A stretch of 64,000 nt of DNA from Deltaproteobacteria bacterium (GTDB lineage: Bacteria > Desulfobacterota > Deferrisomatia > Deferrisomatales > BM512). Shown one piece after another: positions 60,505 through 64,000 of this stretch. Within the stretch, counting starts at the first letter, position 1; each line of letters begins with the position of its first letter. The notes under the pieces were generated by a model. That model was not told the DNA's origin. It saw nothing but the letters and a program-made list of their open reading frames with translations, and did not search any database. The stretch spans positions 12,856 to 76,855 of the forward strand of contig JAUVAU010000002.1 in NCBI GenBank assembly GCA_030591565.1, given 5' to 3'. Position numbers and translations under genes: made by a program.

Positions 60505-61934
60505 TGGCCCCAATGAAATGGATTGCGATGGTTTCCACCCTGTTGCTGTTGGCGGGCTGCTCGATTGCGCCCGAGCCCAGGGAGGCCGAGAGCGTACCGC
60601 TGCCCCAGAGCTTCTCCAACGCCACCCAGGCCGGCGGCGAGGTCGTGAGCGACGGCTGGTGGAAAAGCTGGGGCGACCCGGTTCTCGACTCCCTCGTTGA
60701 AAAAGCAGTGGAGGGCAACATAAGCCTCAAGATCGCGGCCACTCGTATAGGCGAAGCGGCCACCGTGCTGGCCAAGTCGCGGGGCGGTCGCATGCCCAGT
60801 CTGGATTTCGACGCCAGCGCCGGACGGGCGCGCACCAATAGCAGCTTGACCGGCAAAAGCATCACCAACTCATACTCCACCGGGCTGACCCTCTCCTACG
60901 TGGCTGACATCTGGGGGGCTAAATCCGAGCAGCAGCGCTCATCACAGGCGGATATGGAGGCCTACGGCGAAGATCAGCTAAGGGCTTACCAAGTGGTGGT
61001 TGGCGCTGTAGTCGCCACCTATGTGGATAGGCGCGCAATGGCCGAGCAGGCGAGGTTGTCGGTCTCCACCGCCGACACCGACCGTGAGCGCCTCTCCATA
61101 GTTGAAGAGCGTTACGCTTCGGGGCTGGTTCCCTCCCTCGACGTCTATCTGGCGCGCCAGGCGGTGGCAGAGGCGGAGAGCCGGGTACACCTCTACGGAC
61201 TCCAGGCCGATGCGGCGCTCCATGCGCTGAATGTTCTTGCAGGACAGTATCCCACCACCCCGTTGCCCAAAGCAGATGAGGTGAGCACCGTCATCCCCGT
61301 ACCCGGAGAGGTCCCGGCGGGGCTGCCCTCCACCCTGGTCGCGCGCAGGCCCGACATCAGGGCCTCGCTGAAGAGGCTGAAAGCCGCTTACTCGATGGTG
61401 GTGATCGCCGAGACCGATCTGTTGCCCCAGCTCCGGCTCACCTCGTCGGTTGGCTTTTCTTCATCCGAGCTGAACGAGCTGCTGGACATGGACCAGCTCT
61501 TCTGGAACATGCTCGCGGGGCTTACCGCGCCGATCTTTGACGGCGGCAGGCTGGATGCAGCGGCGCTTGCCGCGCACATAAAGGAAGATCGGGCGGTGCT
61601 CAACTACGGCAACACAGTGTTGACCGCATTGAAAGAAGTGGAGGACGCCCTGATGGCCGAGCGGTACCAGCGCCGCAGACTTGAAGTGCTTGAGCTGTCC
61701 GCCGAGCTGGCCCAGGCGTCGGTGAACGCTTCCGAGGAACGTTACAGACAAGGGCTGGACAACTTGTTGCCGACGCTAAGTGCGCGACTCAGCCGCTACC
61801 AGGCTCAGTCGGCGCTGATAGCCACGAGGCAGGAACTTTTAAAATCACGTACATCTTTGCACCTCGCCCTTGGCGGCGATTGGGGCCATGAGAACCAGCT
61901 AATGGAAATGGCGATGCCGGAGAATGAAAAATGA
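60504..61934 (+). CDS. RND efflux outer-membrane lipoprotein (NodT/OprM family)
   Basis: Lipobox LLLAG|CS, ..W.W..FGD..L..L...A...N..L..A..R...A.. , and two TolC-like repeat halves. Confidence 0.88.
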   Translation: MAPMKWIAMVSTLLLLAGCSIAPEPREAESVPLPQSFSNATQAGGEVVSDGWWKSWGDPVLDSLVEKAVEGNISLKIAATRIGEAATVLAKSRGGRMPSLDFDASAGRARTNSSLTGKSITNSYSTGLTLSYVADIWGAKSEQQRSSQADMEAYGEDQLRAYQVVVGAVVATYVDRRAMAEQARLSVSTADTDRERLSIVEERYASGLVPSLDVYLARQAVAEAESRVHLYGLQADAALHALNVLAGQYPTTPLPKADEVSTVIPVPGEVPAGLPSTLVARRPDIRASLKRLKAAYSMVVIAETDLLPQLRLTSSVGFSSSELNELLDMDQLFWNMLAGLTAPIFDGGRLDAAALAAHIKEDRAVLNYGNTVLTALKEVEDALMAERYQRRRLEVLELSAELAQASVNASEERYRQGLDNLLPTLSARLSRYQAQSALIATRQELLKSRTSLHLALGGDWGHENQLMEMAMPENEK

Positions 61935-63133
61935 ACGGTAAAACACCGATGAGATGGAAGATATTCCAACTGGTAATGATGCTTGTGATCGTCGCGGTTG
62001 GTGCGTTCGTCACGAGATCGCTGATAATGAGCAAGGAGGCCCCGAAAAAACGCCCACCGGTGGTGATAGCCCCCCTCGTGACCACTATCGAGGTGAGCCC
62101 CGCGGACCTCAACGTCATCGTCAGCGCCTATGGAACCGCGCGGCCCAGCAGGCGGGTTGAGATCATTCCCCAGGTGCCGGGTGTCGTGGTCGGTCTCTCC
62201 CCCAAGCTGGTGGCGGGCGGCTTCGTGGATGAGGGCGAGCTGCTCATCTCGCTGGAGCCTCGCGACTACGAGCTTGCGGTGGAAAAAGCGCAGGCCGAGG
62301 TCGCCAAGACCGAATACGAGCTGGCGCGGGCAGGGGAAGAGGCGCGCCTCGCCAAGCGTGAGTGGGAGATCATGAACGCCGCCAAGAATGCAAAGGTTCC
62401 CGACGACGAGAGCCTCATATTCCACGGCCCCCAGCTGAAACTGGCAAAGGCGTCGGTTTCGGCTGCCGAGGCGCGGCTCAGCGAAGCGCGACTCGCCCTC
62501 TCCCGCACCAAAATAATCGCACCCTTTAATGCCCGCGTTGACACTGAGTCGGTCGAAATAGGTCAGTATCTCAACACCGGCAGGGGTGTGGTGACATTGC
62601 TCTCCACCGATGAGGTGGAGGTGGTCTTCCCTGTGCCGGACGACGAGATGGGGTGGCTTGGCAGCTTCGCGCTCGGTAGGGGCTCGGACACGGCAGGGCT
62701 CGGGGTTGATGTCTATATAAGCTACGCCGGGCGCGAAGAGTTGCGCAGGGGAAGGGTGGTGCGTACAGAGGCGACCGTTGACGTCAAGAGCCGCATGATC
62801 AACGTGATTGCAGTCGTCAAGGACCCCTACGCCGCCGGTAAGGCCCCCATCGTCTCGGGGACCTTCGTTCGCGGAGAGATCAAGGGGCGCAAGATAGAGG
62901 GCGTCTACGCCATTCCCCGCAATATTCTCGCCGGGGGCAGCACCGTGTGGGTGGTCGTGGATGGGAAGCTTGAGAAAAGGGAGCTGAACGTCGCGCGGTT
63001 GACTTCCAGGACCGCCTATGTGTCCGAGGGACTCTCTGCGGGCGACAAGGTCGTGGTCTCCCGGCTGGACGTCGGCGTCGAGGGCATGAAGGTCCGCCTG
63101 AAGATGGCGAGCGAAGCGGGGGCTGGAAAATGA
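61931..63133 (+). CDS. RND efflux periplasmic adaptor (membrane fusion protein, HlyD/AcrA family)
   Basis: N-terminal TM helix, lipoyl/hairpin pattern (..G.V....V..G..V..G..L..L.P.DY......A.A....., ..L..T.I.APF.G.V..), ATGA overlaps on both sides. Confidence 0.88.
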   Translation: MNGKTPMRWKIFQLVMMLVIVAVGAFVTRSLIMSKEAPKKRPPVVIAPLVTTIEVSPADLNVIVSAYGTARPSRRVEIIPQVPGVVVGLSPKLVAGGFVDEGELLISLEPRDYELAVEKAQAEVAKTEYELARAGEEARLAKREWEIMNAAKNAKVPDDESLIFHGPQLKLAKASVSAAEARLSEARLALSRTKIIAPFNARVDTESVEIGQYLNTGRGVVTLLSTDEVEVVFPVPDDEMGWLGSFALGRGSDTAGLGVDVYISYAGREELRRGRVVRTEATVDVKSRMINVIAVVKDPYAAGKAPIVSGTFVRGEIKGRKIEGVYAIPRNILAGGSTVWVVVDGKLEKRELNVARLTSRTAYVSEGLSAGDKVVVSRLDVGVEGMKVRLKMASEAGAGK

Positions 63134-64000
63134 ACGGAAGCGACAACAACAAAGGCGTAATTGCTTGGTTTGCCAGAAACCACGTGGCGGCGAACCTGAT
63201 GATGTTGACGATAATCGTCTTTGGCGTCATCAGCCTTATCAATGTAAAGCAGGAGGTCTTCCCCGAGGTGGACCTCGACCAGATACAGGTGAGCGTAGTC
63301 TATCTGGGGGCCAGCCCCGAAGAGGTGGAAGAGGCGATATGCACCAAGATTGAGGAGCAGGTGGCCTCGATCGAGGGGGTTGACACCATAACCTCCAGGG
63401 CCTCGGAGGGAGTCGGCTCGGTCATCGTCGAGCTGGAGAAGGGCAGCGATACCCAGCAGGCGTTGGACGATATAAAGGCGGAAGTGGACCGCATCACCAC
63501 CTTCCCCGAAGAGGCGGAGGAGCCCCAGGTCTCCGAGCGAACCAACCGCAGGCAGGTGATCAACCTCGTCGTCTACGGCGATGTGGACGAGCGCACGCTA
63601 AAGGTGCTGGCCGAGCGGGCACGCAATGATCTCACCGCGTTGCCCAATATCTCCCAGGCGGAGCTGTCGGGGACACGCGATTACCAGATCTCCATCGAAG
63701 TGAGCGAGGGGACGCTGCGCCGCTATGGCATCACCTTCGATCAAGTGGTCGGTGCGGTCAGGAGTTCAAGCCTCGACCTTCCCGGCGGCTCGATCAAAAA
63801 CGAGACCGGCGAGATTCTCATAAGGACCAAGGGGCAGCGCTACACTGGCGATGAGCTGGAGAGAATTATCGTGATCACCCGCCCCGACGGCACCACGATA
63901 GAGCTTGGCGACATAGCCAGGGTCGTCGATGGCTTTGACGAGGACGCCACGATAATCACACGTTTTGATGGCAAGCCTGCGGCGATGGTGCAGGTGTTCA
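63130..64000 (+). CDS. RND efflux permease (AcrB/HAE1-like), 3' end beyond window
   Basis: The frame is open from ATG 63130 to the window end: MNGSDNNKGVIAWFARNHVAANLMMLTIIVFGVISL....QEVFPEV.LD.I.V.V.Y.GASPEEVE..I...IE....., the typical N-terminus of RND pumps. It is not in the ORF track because no stop lies in the window. Confidence 0.9.
   Translation, partial: MNGSDNNKGVIAWFARNHVAANLMMLTIIVFGVISLINVKQEVFPEVDLDQIQVSVVYLGASPEEVEEAICTKIEEQVASIEGVDTITSRASEGVGSVIVELEKGSDTQQALDDIKAEVDRITTFPEEAEEPQVSERTNRRQVINLVVYGDVDERTLKVLAERARNDLTALPNISQAELSGTRDYQISIEVSEGTLRRYGITFDQVVGAVRSSSLDLPGGSIKNETGEILIRTKGQRYTGDELERIIVITRPDGTTIELGDIARVVDGFDEDATIITRFDGKPAAMVQVF

Overview
This is a high-GC (~60%) bacterial chromosomal window, densely coded, with no rRNA, tRNA, CRISPR array, transposase or integrase that I could recognise. 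The gene content and the synteny aroE-pilB-pilT-pilC-pilS-pilR, together with the multihaem cytochromes, look Desulfuromonadota/Desulfobacterota-like; that placement is inference only. Left to right the window holds: a type II secretion pseudopilin operon (gspF-G-H-I-J-K, with gspH broken at an A9 tract), a DinG-like helicase, hsp20-lon-thiL, and a long minus-strand butyryl/isobutyryl-CoA oxidation cluster (thiolase, hbd, two acyl-CoA dehydrogenases, isobutyryl-CoA-mutase-like IcmA/IcmB/MeaB). It continues with a secreted ankyrin protein, cobQ, an EndoQ-like PHP nuclease, the type IV pilus cluster pilR-S-C-T-B, aroE, ribF, holC, an ArsR-permease pair and an OMP. Next comes a long operon with dapA-dapB-dapL-folK, a YHS protein, tungsten-type aldehyde:ferredoxin oxidoreductase and a class II aldolase. 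The right end carries a CDF transporter, bamD, mtnA, gatCAB, prmA, two DUF3786-type proteins, and a TetR-regulated RND efflux operon truncated at the window edge. The most interesting feature sits inside the beta-oxidation cluster. It is a five-gene DsrMKJOP/Hmc-type transmembrane redox module (fused NarI-like + HdrD-like CCG protein, heptahaem cytochrome c, four-cluster ferredoxin, NrfD-like subunit, NapC/NirT-like cytochrome), with no etfAB in view. Other notable items: a ~230-300 bp MITE-like element in three copies, two of them bracketing an Fe-S/DUF3786 gene; a perfect 32-bp palindrome at the beta-oxidation promoter; and an AT-rich island with orphan small ORFs.
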